From Vicugna vicugna (Eukaryota), in NCBI GenBank assembly GCA_013265495.1, contig MU058423.1:5748745-5812744 (forward strand): a DNA stretch of 64,000 bases, written 5' to 3'. A program made the position numbers and the translations under genes. The notes below the pieces were generated by a model that was not told the DNA's origin, did no database searches, and saw only the letters and a program-made list of their open reading frames with translations. Positions 1-13,079 of the stretch are shown in pieces (within the stretch, counting starts at the first letter, position 1; each line of letters begins with the position of its first letter).

Positions 1-362
1 ATATTTGAATGGACCACCTCAAAGCTTGGGACCACGTCTCTATTTTCACTTATATGTCAGAGAGGTTAATTGATTTGCCTAACTTAAGAAACTAATAAAT
101 GCTGAAGACTAGGCTCAAATGTAAAGATTATACAAGTCCTGATATGCTATATGCAGGGCTAATAATCATCGCAGGTGCACCAGCACAACTATATCCATTC
201 CTTACCTCCAGTATTTCCTCTGATTAGTTTCTACCATTACTGTTCTGCCATAAAAGAGCTTACAAATATCAACCATTGCTCACCCTGTGCTCTACAGCCA
301 GAAGAACAAAATCTCCCGCTTTTAATCTGCCAACTTTAATTGTCTCATTAATATATTATATG

Positions 363-523
363 GGTGACACAGAATATTGTGAAAAGAAAAAAAGTTTATA
401 CATGAAGGCACTGGTCACATTCAATCATTAGTCTAAATTAGCTGTCTGTAGAATAAATAATCTATTCATCCTACAGACACCGTTGGACTGAAACCAGATG
501 CAGATAATACACTTTGTGTCACC
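363..523. repeat. Long imperfect inverted repeat / hairpin
   Basis: Core stem tgtctgtagaataaata (443-459) pairs with tattcatcctacagaca (463-479), 15/17. Outer arms ggtgacaca (363-371) and tgtgtcacc (515-523) are exact reverse complements. Confidence 0.7.
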
Positions 524-929
524 ATTATGTTATATGCAATTTCTCAGCTGAGTTATGGAGAACCAGTTGCTAAGCTTGGCTTATGTGCTTTTAGGAAAAT
601 ATCTGCAGATACAACTTTTTAACCTCAAAAAGAAAATACGAAAATAAATTAATTACAAGAATAACTAACAAGTCATGAGGAAAACATATGTTGTCCCCAT
701 TCTCTGTTTTACAGTGTAATGTAAGCATAATTTGCTAACCAGTATATATTTTGAAGTTTAAGTCACCAATAAGCGTTCTTCAAATTGCCTCATTTCCAAA
801 TGATAATCATTAGTGATAAATCTTAGCCTAATTTGATAACATTGATTATTACACCTCCTATTAGTGACATTTTCTTTTTGTTTACAGGATATTGTACTCT
901 TTTGTGACTCTTTCTACTACATTAGTTTG

Positions 930-1400
930 CATTTTTCAATTTCCCTATCTCTGTGACCTCTAAATGTCAGAAAGCCCACATTTCATGCCTTTTTGATCTA
1001 CATTCATTACCTGGGATATTTAACAGGCATGTAAAAAATACATTCCAAACTACATGTTTGATGTTTTCCCCCAATGCTGGCCCTTCCACAAATTTCTCCA
1101 CCTTAGTTAATGGTAAAAGGAAGTTATCCTTGACTTTTTCCTCTTCTCATTTCTAGCATCTAGTCTGTCAGCAAATCCTATTGATTCTAACTTCAAATTT
1201 TATCTCAATTTGACTAGTCTTAGACCTCTAGTACTGGACCAAGTCACAATCATCTCTCAGCTGAATTATTAAAAGGCCCTTCAAAAAAACCCCTCTAAAT
1301 TTCCAGAAAAGTAGTTAGAATAATACTTTTAAAATAAAAGTTGTATATCACTACTACTATTTTAACCCGACATTAGATTTCAGTATTACTCAGATTAAAA
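930..1400 (+). mobile_element. L2 LINE fragment
   Basis: L2-like motifs such as catctagtctgtcagcaaatcctattgattctaacttcaaa and ccaagtcacaatcatctctcagctgaatta. Confidence 0.65.
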
Positions 1401-1814
1401 GCAAAAGTCATTGTTTTCTGCTTTGGTTGATGGTAGACTGGTTTACTGCAGATAGACCTTTCCATTATGAAGAACAAGAAAAACTGGAAAGATATTTAAG
1501 AATGCTTGAAGGTAATGGAGAGTTCCCAGCGAGGTAGCTGAGTATCTAAGATCCCAGAAATCAGGAAAATGCAGAGATTTTAGCATTATTTATAAGCCCT
1601 TTATTAAATATGTATATATGGATTTATTGAATTAAAAGCATTTTTAGGGGTCAGAGGCTGAAAAGAACCCTTCCCAATTTTATGGGGCTTGGTGGAGGCT
1701 GGAGTGGGTAGAGATGAGTGGGAAATGGATGGGAGGAGGGTGTATGGAAAAATTTAAATTTCAGAGCACACTTTAGACTTCCAGTTGGGGCCCCTGAAAG
1801 ACTATACCTTAGAC

Positions 1815-2110
1815 ATGGGCAGTGAAAACACTCTGTATAATATCACAATGATAGACACTCATAATTATCAACTTTTTCAAAAACCCATAAAATGTGCAAC
1901 ACCAAGAGTGAACTCCAGTGTAAACTATGGACTTTTCGTGATAACGTGTCAGTGTAAGTTCATCAGTTACCACTCTGCTGGCGGATGACAAGAGGTAATC
2001 TATGCATCTGTGAGGGTAGGAGATACATGGAGCATCTTTGTAGCTTCCACTCAATTCTGCTGTGAACCTAAAACTGCTCTAAAAATTAAAATCTTAAGAC
2101 AAAAAAAAAC
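1815..2110 (+). mobile_element. L1 3' UTR (L1MC1/2-like)
   Basis: caccaagagtgaactccagtgtaaactatggactt ... ttctgctgtgaacctaaaactgctctaaaaa followed by an A tail. Confidence 0.8.
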
Positions 2111-2229
2111 AGGAATTAAAACAATACTGACTAAATTGCTAGACTGATCATGACTGCTTTGTTTAATTTCAGTTAAACTGGTCAAAGAAGACCACTATGA
2201 GATGTGACAGAAGGGAAAAAGAAAATAAG

Positions 2230-3030
2230 CTATATATACTAGGAAATAGTTTGAAGAAAGGAGACCATTCTAAGAAAATGCCATGAAGAAGAAACATACT
2301 GATCTTTATTTGAAGAGGAAAAAGGAGAGCAGTACTGCTGGAACGCAAGGAAGATAGTAGGAGGCATATCATGTAGGATCTTAGAAGCCATGGTAAGGTC
2401 GTCAGCTTTTGCCTCCTTTATATAAGATGAGATTACAGCATTTCTACTAAAAGGGTAACATTCTGTTGTGTTTAATCTATGATCCTCTCTGTCTCATGGA
2501 GACAAGGTTTTAGAGAGCAAACATGGTTGCAGAATTCTTGTGAGATGCCCACCAAGTCAATACACATGTGAAATGACAGTGACTTGGTCTAGGGTGGTGG
2601 GCATGAAAGTACAAGAAATAGTTAAGGCTCAAGGTACATTTTAAGGCTCAAATCTATAAGAATCTATGATGAAGAAGATACAAGGAGTAAAATAAAAGAA
2701 AGAATCAAGGATAATTTTAACATCGGACCTGAGCATTTGAGTGAACTGTAACAGCTGTCCAGAGATGGAAACTACCTGGCTAGGTATAGGTTTCAGAGCA
2801 AAAACAAATTTTTTAGTTTTCAGATGCCTATAAATATCCAATGGAGAAGCAGAGTAGATAGTTGGGTATACCAGTTGTAAGTTTAGCCAAAACTTTAGGC
2901 TGTCAATTTGAGCATATATACACTAATTAAAGCAATTTTAATGGAAGAGATTTACATGAGATAGAGTATAGGTGAAAAAGAGATCTAAGTGCTGGCCGTG
3001 GGCTTTTCCAACATTCAAAGATGAGGAAAA
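2230..3030 (-). mobile_element. L2 LINE fragment
   Basis: Purine-rich antisense L2 motifs, e.g. agatgcctataaatatccaatggagaagcagagtagatagttgg. Confidence 0.65.
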
Positions 3031-4774
3031 AGTCCTCCTGTTTGTTTATATATATAAACACACATATATATTTATATATACACACATGTGTATATTTAAA
3101 GTGTGAGAGATATTTTCTTCTAGCTATTCCACTAATTTTCTCCCATTTAACAGAGATTTATGGAACTATTGTGTTCTGAGAGGTAGGTAGTCTTAACCCT
3201 GATTTAACATTTATGGAAAATAAGGTTGAAAGAGTTTGGGAACTTGTCTGAGATCAGAGTTCCAATAAATGGCAAAGTTAGCAAATGGTCTTTCTTAACA
3301 TATAGTAAACAGTTAGGTCAGTCCTCCTCTTCCTTTGACTACAAAATTATTTTAGTTGTGGTTATTTTTCTACAAAATTTTTGGTCCATATAATACCATT
3401 TCTGGCCAGAAATCCAAAGTGCTTCACTTTATAGTCAGAATTAAAATTACTTATTCTAACAGAGAGCTATGTGGCTCATCAAAAATCATTATCTCTACAA
3501 CATGTGAGCATTTCTCTCACTGCTGAATTATACTAGTAATGACTTTCATTTATTCAATTCTGCTTTTGTCATTCAAAGGTTAATTTAGTTCCTCCTTGGA
3601 GACAAAATTGGCTACATGCTGCTGCCCACTGACTCACATCTTCACTCCCCTAAATTATTATCTTTCTTAGAGTAATATTTAGTTATTGAAATATTTAAAT
3701 TTCTCCATCATGAAGAAATCATTTGCAAAAATACCAGATTCAATCTAACTTCCTAAAAGCAAAAGTTCATGCTTCGGATTATGCTTTTTATTTGAGACAG
3801 CTAAGGATTCACTTCTTCCAAAAAGCCTCTCTAAACCTACTAGTTGGGCTCTGACCCTCTTCTGAGGTCCCATATCTGTTAGTATATATTTTTGCAACTT
3901 AGTATAGAGCATAGTTTTTAAAAATATTATGTTATATGCATATTTTCTCATTAAACTGTAAAATTAATAAGGGTTGGTTCATCTTTTAAAATAATTTTTC
4001 AAGTCATTAAATATTTACACAATGTCTAATTTAGCATTCAATAAAGATTTGTTGATATGACACAAGTAACAGGTAATATCACAGACACTGTTATTAAGTG
4101 ATTAGAACAAAGTCTTACTTTTACTTCAAAAGTTTTTAGCAACAACAATCTGCTGTAAAAATTTAATTTGATACAGCAAACTTAATTATCTGTGTAATAT
4201 ACACAAAATACTAAACTTTATTCTTGAATTTTCCTTTTTTTATTTGTTCATAACCAGTGAAATCATAGTATATTCAACCAGTAGAAATCTTTAAGACTCT
4301 CATTTATACTGCACTTTATGTTGCCTGTCACATAAAACAAATAACTTGTGCTACTATTCTGGTATCTTTAGTATTTCTATAGGTGGTAAATTTTTTCTAA
4401 CTAGTTCTTCTACAGTAATCCAGAGAAACCATAATAATAAATATCCTTACATTTTTCTAAGTATCTTAATTCAAACATAAAAATTGTAAAAAAGAAACTA
4501 CCACTTTCAGAGAATTATTTACTTATTTCAGATAAAGTATTTTGCCATATGACATATTTGCACTAATTGAGTATATAGTTAAATTAACTATAGCATTTAG
4601 ACACATTGTGCTGTATCTGTTCAGTGAGTTTGTATATACATGTCACCTCAACTGCTTTAATTAAAATCTCCTAATTATAAAGCCAAAATGCATTATGGTC
4701 ATTTTCATTATTAGTGCCAGAAATGAGCACCCTATTGAATGATGTAAAACTCTAACTCTCAAAGAAGATTGATA

Positions 4775-5025
4775 TAGAGAAAACACAGGGTGAGGAGTGT
4801 GAGCTTTGTAGTCAAACAAGCTGCATCCTAAATCGGGCTCCATCATGTATTTGTTTTTTTCTTGAACCAGTTGCTTTATTTCTCTGTGCCACAATTTTCT
4901 CTTCTGCAAAATGGGAATATCACCTACATAAAAGATTGTAATGGATAATATTTAACTTAATACTTTAAGACACTTAGAAATATATTTGCCATATCATAGG
5001 CAGTATTCAGTGTTATAATAAGTAG
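4775..5025 (+). mobile_element. MIR SINE
   Basis: MIR core ttctctgtgccacaattttctcttctgcaaaatgggaatatcaccta. Confidence 0.75.
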
Positions 5026-5630
5026 TATGAGAAATTATTATTCAAATAGGTCACTCATTTTTAAGCACATTTAAACCTAAGGAAGAGTTGAAAATCCCTG
5101 ATAACTGATTTTCCTTTTTTTTTTTTTTTGATTCTCTTTTTAGTAACCAAATTGTGTGGTGATTTAAGTAAGGAAGATAGTGGTTATTAATTAGTCTCAG
5201 TAATTAGAAAAATTACTAAATACAGTAGCACACAGAAGAAAAAAATAGCAGGAATAAGAATATGTGAAAGTATCAATACCCATAATAAATTACAAAGATC
5301 AATTTCAGATAATCCATTTACATACTAATTAAAAGGAAACGTAGATGAAATTAAAGCAAATTTCTACAGTGAGAAAATACACAAAGGAAAAGATAACAAG
5401 TTCTTGCTCATGAGCCAGTGTTCTGAGAGAATAATAGGAACTGATCACAATGAGATCAGAAAGTAATTGCTCCACTTAAAACATTTTTTAATTTAATAAA
5501 ACTTATTTGTTGACTTTAAAAGCAACATAAACTAAGTACAAAACATTTACAGAGAAGTATGAAAATAAACTTAAATTGCAGAATTTGACATGAGAAAATT
5601 ACTTCTAATATTCTGCTCCTTTCCTCATAC

Positions 5631-5672
5631 CACACACACACACACACACTCACACACACACACACACACACA
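5631..5672. repeat. (CA)n microsatellite
   Basis: About 21 CA units with one CT interruption. Confidence 0.95.
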
Positions 5673-5699
5673 TTTAAAACCACGTGAATATATAACTCT

Positions 5700-7080
5700 G
5701 GGTGTGCATGTGTTATGTTATGAAATAACTAGGAAGAATAGCTGATCTGAAGACTGACTCAGAACTGAAGCCTCTTAGAGGTGGTGGTTGTCCTGAAATG
5801 GGCTTCCCTCTGCCTCCCTCTGCCTCTTTCCAGCAAAACAGAGAAGCTATTCTTACAGAAAACAGTCACTAATGTGGACACTTTAGGTTGCCGTACAGCA
5901 AAACATCTTGGCCTCACGTACATTACCAACAAGTATATGTGAAAGGAAAGACAATATATGTCAAAATAAAAGAAATATAAAATATATTTACACTCCCACA
6001 GTTTCTAGCTGGTAAAATTGTTACAGTGAGAATACAAAGACTGAAAGAATAGCTAAGCAAAAAAAAAAGGTGTCTAAAGACAAAAAAAAATGAAATTAGA
6101 AACTTATAAATCAGTGAGTAATTAGGAGAAATGAGCAAACATTAAAAAACTGAGCTTGTAGCAAATAAAAATAATAAAATTGTAATGAAGTTACATTGGA
6201 TGATTGAAACCACAGATTAGACAAAACTGAGAAAATTAAAGAATTAAAAGATAGGATCTGTGGGATAGAAGAAAGGGTTCTAAAATTTCTCTGGTTGGGA
6301 TCACAGACAGGATTAAATTTAGACAACAGATTAGAGAAAATATTTGAAGAAATAATGGTTCAGGTATTTCTAAAACTCATTAAAAAAGGAGGGCACACTT
6401 CTAAAGTCTAGAATATATAAAATATCCTAAGAAGGTAAGGAAGAATCCAGAACAAATCACTACATAGTGAAACTGCAGTATTACAAAGAGAAAAGACATT
6501 CAGAGGAACCAGAACCAAAATATAGCACACCAAACAGGAAGAAATTCTAAAATGAAAGCACACTTCTCAATAACAAGGCTAATGGACATTGGAATAGCAT
6601 TTATAAATTAATGAGGGAAAATAATGATAAACCTAGAACTTTCTGTCTTATAAAATTATCACTCAACATTGAGAGTAAAAGGCAAATATTTATAGATAAA
6701 TATAATCAGGAGTTTATCACCAGAATATCTCTATATTTGAATGTGTATAGGACATACTAAAGGACATACTTCAGGAAAATCAATGACCCAGATAGGCATG
6801 AAAATTTGTAGGTAAATCTAAATAAATAGTGTGTATGTACATAAAACACAATGTGTTCAATACATCGGGATGAAAAAAATAAAACTAACATACTTAACAA
6901 TAATAATATATTAGCCAGGAAAAGGAAGATTAAAACTGAAAGATTCTAAATTCCCTTTCTTATTTGGATCAAAGGAGATCAAAATACTTTTCAGCTTAAG
7001 ATCTTAGTAAGTTAAATACGTGTGGTAAATACATAATAGTGTATAAATTCCAAAAACCATTAGAGAAAAAAACATGACAT
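5700..7080 (+). mobile_element. Ancient L1/HAL1 ORF1-region remnant
   Basis: A-rich decayed ORF1-like motifs, e.g. aaaatatttgaagaaataatgg and aaacctagaactttctgtc...aaaattatcactcaa. Confidence 0.55.
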
Positions 7081-7867
7081 AAATGCTTAAATAGTTTATT
7101 TCTTAGTTTTTTCCCTTTTTGTAGTTTGTAAAAACATTACTAATTGATACTAACCTTGATTCCTATTACCTGAGTAACCTTTGACTTATCTTCTCCACTT
7201 TATACTATTCCACAATATACCACAAGGTACAAGAATAAATTTACATATTTTCTTGTCTATGGTAAATTGCTTCTACTAGTTTATAGTTTATACTATAAAC
7301 CATATATATATAACAGTAAGCTATAAAATACATAGTGTAAACTATAAACAGATCTGTACAAGAAAACTGTCTCATTTGTTTTTTTCCTTTTCTTTCCTTC
7401 CCATTTTTTTAATTCCTTATGTCCTATTTTTAATTTTTTTTCTTTTATCCAGTGGTATGGCAAAAATATTTTAGTATGTTCAAAATCTTCCTGTGCAGAA
7501 TTTTGTGGGATTTTATTCCTTACTTAACCATGAGTGTTTAATCCTTTAAAAACCCAGTTTTACACTGAGTTGATTTCCAAAGTAGATCCTTGGCTTTGTC
7601 TCCTGTTACTTACAGAGGCACAGTTCAGTAAAAACCCAACCCTATAACACAACAGATTGATAAAATTCCCACAAAAAATCTAACTTCAGTGATACACTTA
7701 TTTCTCTGGACTCTCGCCTTCTTGTAGTTTCTGGAATTTGAATATTTCCCTTATTTTTCTCTTGGCTCACTAGTTTATTTAAAATTATTTAAAGTATCAT
7801 TAAGCATAATCATTAGTTTGTCTATACAAAAAGAGTTTGTCTACGCTATTTGCCAACTTGCTAGAAA

Positions 7868-7958
7868 ACAGAAACAGACTCACAGACATAGAAAACAAAC
7901 TTACGGTTACTAGAGGGGAAAGGGGAAGGGGAGTTATAAACTAGGAGTAATTAATATA
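7868..7958 (+). mobile_element. Short internal L1 3' UTR fragment
   Basis: acagaaacagactcacagacatagaaaacaaacttacggttac matches the L1 3' UTR copies at 32.9, 34.5 and 53.5 kb. Flanked by ctagaaa direct repeats. Confidence 0.75.
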
Positions 7959-8159
7959 CTAGAAAGATATCAAATATAAAGCAAAGTTCTCAAACCACAA
8001 AATTTAGGAAAAACACATTAAAGTGTAATGTAATATATGTAAAATTTTAAAACCTTCCAAACATATTGCAAAACTCATTTGTAGAGAAATTATCAAAGCA
8101 GGCATAAGAATAATGCCACGGAATTCAGGTGATAGGAATATGTAAAGAATGGAGACATC

Positions 8160-8392
8160 TGGTTGTCAGCCGATTTCCTATCTGATGAGAGCCAGTCTCC
8201 TAGCTCACAGCCAGCCACTTCTTGTTATATCATCACACGGCCAACAGGAAGATCTTCCCTCTCCTGTATCTTCACCAACCCCATTCGTAACCTAATTGCT
8301 TCTCAAAGGTCCCACTTCCAGATACCATCACATTGAGGGGTTGGGGCTTCAACATAAGAACTGGGGGAGGACAAAAGCATTCAGTTCACAGC
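8160..8392 (-). mobile_element. MaLR LTR fragment (MLT1A-like)
   Basis: acctaattgcttctcaaaggtcccacttccagataccatcacattgaggg...cattcagttcacagca is the antisense MLT1A 5' end. Confidence 0.75.
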
Positions 8393-10086
8393 ATATTATT
8401 ATTCACATGTCATAAAGGGCAAAAGTTAAAAAAAAAACAACCAAGATGTCAAGCAATTATTAATTTTCTCAAGGACATTCAGTTGTCACTTGTGAGTGTA
8501 TCTCCAAAGACCACATTATATTGCCTCCCACAGAAGTACATATGATTCTGAAATCTCAGTTCTTTCCTGTATTTTTTTGTCATGCTCTATTCTGATCCAT
8601 TGGTCTATATATTACTCTTTTTCCATGGCAATGCCACGGTTTCTTAATTTCTACACCATTATTAAACACCACCACAACTTAGTATCTTGGTCTTCTTAGA
8701 GGACATTTACAATTCTTTGTTCTGAAAGTATCTACATAAATTTTAGAAGAACTAGGTCAAGTTGGACTTTAACACTATATGAACAAAGGAAAGAAATTCA
8801 AAAAGATTATTTAGGATAAGGTCTAGTGCTTAGCAAAATACTTTATAAAGTTATTGAAATAAAGGTTGTGCTTAGTTAATAAGATATTACAAATGAGAAC
8901 AGTACTCATTTTAGGCTGGAAAAACATTAAAACAGATCACTAATCACAATTAATCAAATATACTTCTATTTTGTATATTTGTATGTTTTATGGTTCTATA
9001 TATTGTGATGATGTTAATACTCAGAAAAAACTATTGTGTCTAAAAATTTAAAAGTTAGTCTTAAATTCTGCTTAATAGTAATTCAGTAGCAAATGATACC
9101 TATAAAGAAAATTAACTTTATTCCTTAAAATATACGTTTAAAAGTGTAGTTGAACTATTGCACAATAGTTAATCCCAGGCTAACAACGTGCCCTCCTAGT
9201 AACTGCAGACTATCCAGTATTCTAGAATTTGTTATTTTTGAAATATCTAGAAAATGCATACATACACACAAACACACACACATATACATACATACATATA
9301 TGTACATGCATATGCACGTGAATATGCACATGCAAATGTACATGTATAACTACAAAACAACAAATATTTAGAATAGTGTACTTTTCTTTTTCCTACTGCA
9401 GTTTAACATGAAGAGTTGAGATAATGTAGTTTGTAAAAAAAACCCCAAACTCATCAGGCTCATCATTTAGGGGGAAGGTGTATTGTTGGTGTCTGGTTTT
9501 CTGCAAGGACAAGCAGGCAATTTTCCTACCATAAAGTCATTAGTCAAGAGAAAATAACATTTATTTGCATATTACTATGCATATAATTGGGAATTTGAAT
9601 ATGCAAATTGAGTACTCCACATTCTGGTCTTGTTTCTGGGTTTTCTAAGGCTTAATTGCCCTGAACAATTTTAAAAGGTTGAAAAGATTAGAGGCTTCTT
9701 TTACACTCAACAAACAAAGAAAGAATAAAACTTGCCTATTAGTGTATAAAAGTGCATGACTTTGTGAGGTAAAAATATCAAAAACATACAGCCTGAATTA
9801 AGTGAATAGGGAAGATTTAAGCTGTATCCTTTTTATCATCCTCAATTACTTTATTTTTCTTGATAATTTTTGTTTTTCCTTCTTTTATTTTACCTTATAC
9901 CATATGCATAAGTTTACACTTATCAGTGTATATTTATAACATGATACTGCATAACTGAAATATATCAAATAAGATAAGCTTTGGTAAGAAACTTTAAGTG
10001 TTTAAGGCCCTAGCTGAAAGTGAGTTTATAAATGGCCACTAATTACTGAACAAAGGGCAAGAAATCAAAGTAACTGACAAGATAGG

Positions 10087-10494
10087 TGTTATGGGCTAAA
10101 TTATATCCCCCTCAAATCATATGCTGAGATTCTAACTCCTAGTTCCTCCAAATCATACTGGATTTAGAGATGCAACCTTTAAAGGTATGACTAAGTTAAA
10201 AGGTGTGGCCCATTGAAGTGGGCCTTAATCCAATCTGACTAGTGTTCTTGTAAGAATAGGAAATTTGGACACACAAAGAGAAACACCAAAGATACATGCA
10301 ACAGAGGAAAGATCATGTGAGGACACAGCAAGTAGACGATGGTTTGCAAGCCAAGGAGAGAGGTCTCAGAAGAAACCAAACTGCTGACACCTTGCTCTTG
10401 GGCTTCTAGCCTCCAGAATTGTGGGAAAATAAATTTTGTTTTTTTAGCCACCCAGCGTGTGGCATTTTTTGTGGCAGCTCAAAAAACTAATATA
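10087..10494 (+). mobile_element. MaLR solo LTR (MLT1B/C-like)
   Basis: Starts tgttatgggctaaattatatcccc, contains ccttaatccaatctgactagtgttcttgtaagaa and cagaattgtgggaaaataaattttgt, and ends gcagc...aactaatata. Confidence 0.85.
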
Positions 10495-11228
10495 GGAAGT
10501 ATATTTTAATTATTTAAATAAAAAAATCATAGTTATGATTAGAGGCAAGAGAAAAGCCTAGAAAAAGATGAGATTTCATATTCTTTCCAAATAAATTCAT
10601 TTCAGCACTAAATGGCTAACTTATAGCACTAAATATTCAGTACCAAAGTGCTGCGATATAAAATGTATATAATTAAAAAGGAAAAATAGCCAGTATTTTG
10701 CATGCATTTGAGTTTTTAAAATGTAAATATTCTCAGAGCAATCACAAGATAATAGTCTTGTATTTAAGATTCAGGAGTTGGTAGCTTTGGCTAACAAGTG
10801 GCACGGCATGATGAAACACAAATCTTGGAATAGTAAATTGGTTGCATTTAAATCTGTGGGTTTAATATAAGATAATCTGGGGAAAAAAGAAAAACTTTGT
10901 AAATTTATATGTATTTTAGATATATTAGCTGTAATCAAAAGCAGGACAGGTAAATTCAGAAGCTAACAATTTTTTTTCCCCCATGAACTGGTCAGAATAA
11001 AATTACTGTCTTCTACCCACTAGACTATAAGACTAAGACAATAAACAGGAATCAGAAGTGAGCTTTGATCTGCATGCTCAAATCTTAGATAAACATACTT
11101 AATGCTTTTTATCTTTCCACAGCATTTTATCTTTCGAAAATTTGAGAGGAGAGAAAAACTCTACAATTTTTATGTGACATTTTAGTATAATTATTTGCAT
11201 ATGAGTAAGTTTTTAATGAATGCTATTT

Positions 11229-11311
<83 letters not shown>

Positions 11312-11384
11312 GAAGGAAGGAAGGAAGGAAGGAAGGAAGGAAGGAAGGATGGAAGGAAGGAAGGAAGGAAGGGAGGGAGGGAAA
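11229..11384. repeat. Compound (GAAA)n(GGAA)n polypurine microsatellite
   Basis: 156-bp purine tract with a single T at 11350. Confidence 0.97.
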
Positions 11385-12329
11385 CAGAAACATTGAATCT
11401 GTTGTTGAATGTCTCTGGTCCAAGAATGTTCTTAGTGTTGGAGAAATAACCAGTAAAGGATAGAAGACATCATAATATAAGTCCAGTGATATAACAGTAA
11501 CCAACAAAATTCTGTGGGAGATTAAAAAAGGGATCTCTAATTATGAAGTTAAATTTTAGCCACTACTTATGGGATGAATCATATTTCCAGATGCTTGAAA
11601 TAAATCTTCCAGAAGATCTAGCTTCAGGGACCAGTGAGTCTAAAGAATTATAGATAGATCATCTAAGAAGACTTAATTCAATTTATTATTGTCCACAAAG
11701 CTCTACAGATACAGATATGGATATAGACATAGTATATAACCATAAGGACTGGGCAGGTGTTGTTCTCTTCTTTGCCCTATTCCCCAGTTTGTGACTTACC
11801 TACGCCCAGAATCATTAATTTTATCACCCTAAACCTTCAGACCTTGCATATCTACTTTAAGGAGATTAGATTTAGGTATGAAGGGCCATTAAAGAAATAA
11901 AGTAAATAATCTGGGTTTTAAGAATTTGAGAAGAAATGATTTGAGTGGTTAAAAGTGAGGATTGGAAAGTTTTTATAAAGGTCCTGATAAATCCAAAATT
12001 TTGATTAGAGGTTGGGTATATAAAGGAAGAAACTGCCAGCAGAGACATTTCAGAAAGTAAAGTCAACAGAACTAATCATCTACTTTAATGTGAGAACACG
12101 GGAAAATGTAGAGGTACAAGCCTGGATAATTAAGAAAAATGTACTGCCACTAACTAGGGAAAAAAGGCTTTAATTAGGTAGCTGTAATTGTTGGCGGAGA
12201 GAAGAGATTGCTTTCGTGCTTTTAGACAGATAGATTCTGAATTAATGGCAAACCATGAAGCTGGTTCAGTATATGAAAGAAATCTGAGACACCCTGATTC
12301 TAATCATACTTCTGTTTGACTTTTATGCA

Positions 12330-12915
12330 GATAGCTCTTTATGCAACCACTTCTCTTCACCTCAGTAGCTTCGACTCTGATACGTCACCACCAAATTTCT
12401 GAGATCACACACTTATAAACCTTCTAACTGCTGTATCTGCACTTTCCTTTGCCCTCTACAGCCTCCTCTTAATACAGCATGAAGAATGTTTCTGCGAAAT
12501 GTGAGTTAAATAACGTTACCTCTTTATTCTTCAAAAATCCTTCATTTTTTTTTAATAGCCAAAAATCCCTACACGTTAAAATACATGTTCTGCTTCCTAT
12601 TGTCTCTCTAATATCTTATTCCATTTTCTTTCTCACTCATTTGGTTCCAGCTACTGAACAGTCTATCTAAACTTCAACACCATTCTCTCTGACAGTTTCT
12701 AGTATCCTTTTCCATCCTTGTTTTTTTTTTTCTTAGTACTTATTACTTCCAAACATACCAAATATCTTACCTCTTTATTATGTTCTTTTTCATCTCCCTT
12801 ATTATGTCTGAACCTCATACAACAGGGGTTTTGGGGTCTGTTAGGCACTGCAGTCCTGGAGCATATCATTGTCCCTGATGCACACTAGTTGATAAATATT
12901 GGCTGAATGAGTGAG
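12330..12915 (+). mobile_element. L2 LINE 3' end
   Basis: Ends in the L2 tail-like tagttgataaatattggctgaatgagtga and has internal L2 motifs. Confidence 0.65.
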
Positions 12916-13079
12916 GTAAGTATTTGTTTTCAATGAGTTAAAAAGCATGTGTTATGTTTTAGAAAAGAAATAAAAATATGTTACAGAAAAAAAGAACTTG
13001 CAAGAACAACCCAAAGAGGACTTCTGGGAAAAGATATAATAATTAATATTAAAAACTCAAAGGGTACTTTGAGTATATT

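Noticed and set aside
11223..11507. 94-aa Ser/Phe/Leu ORF, and similar ORFs at 16912-17152 and 9150-9371
   Set aside because: Translations of microsatellite or low-complexity DNA.
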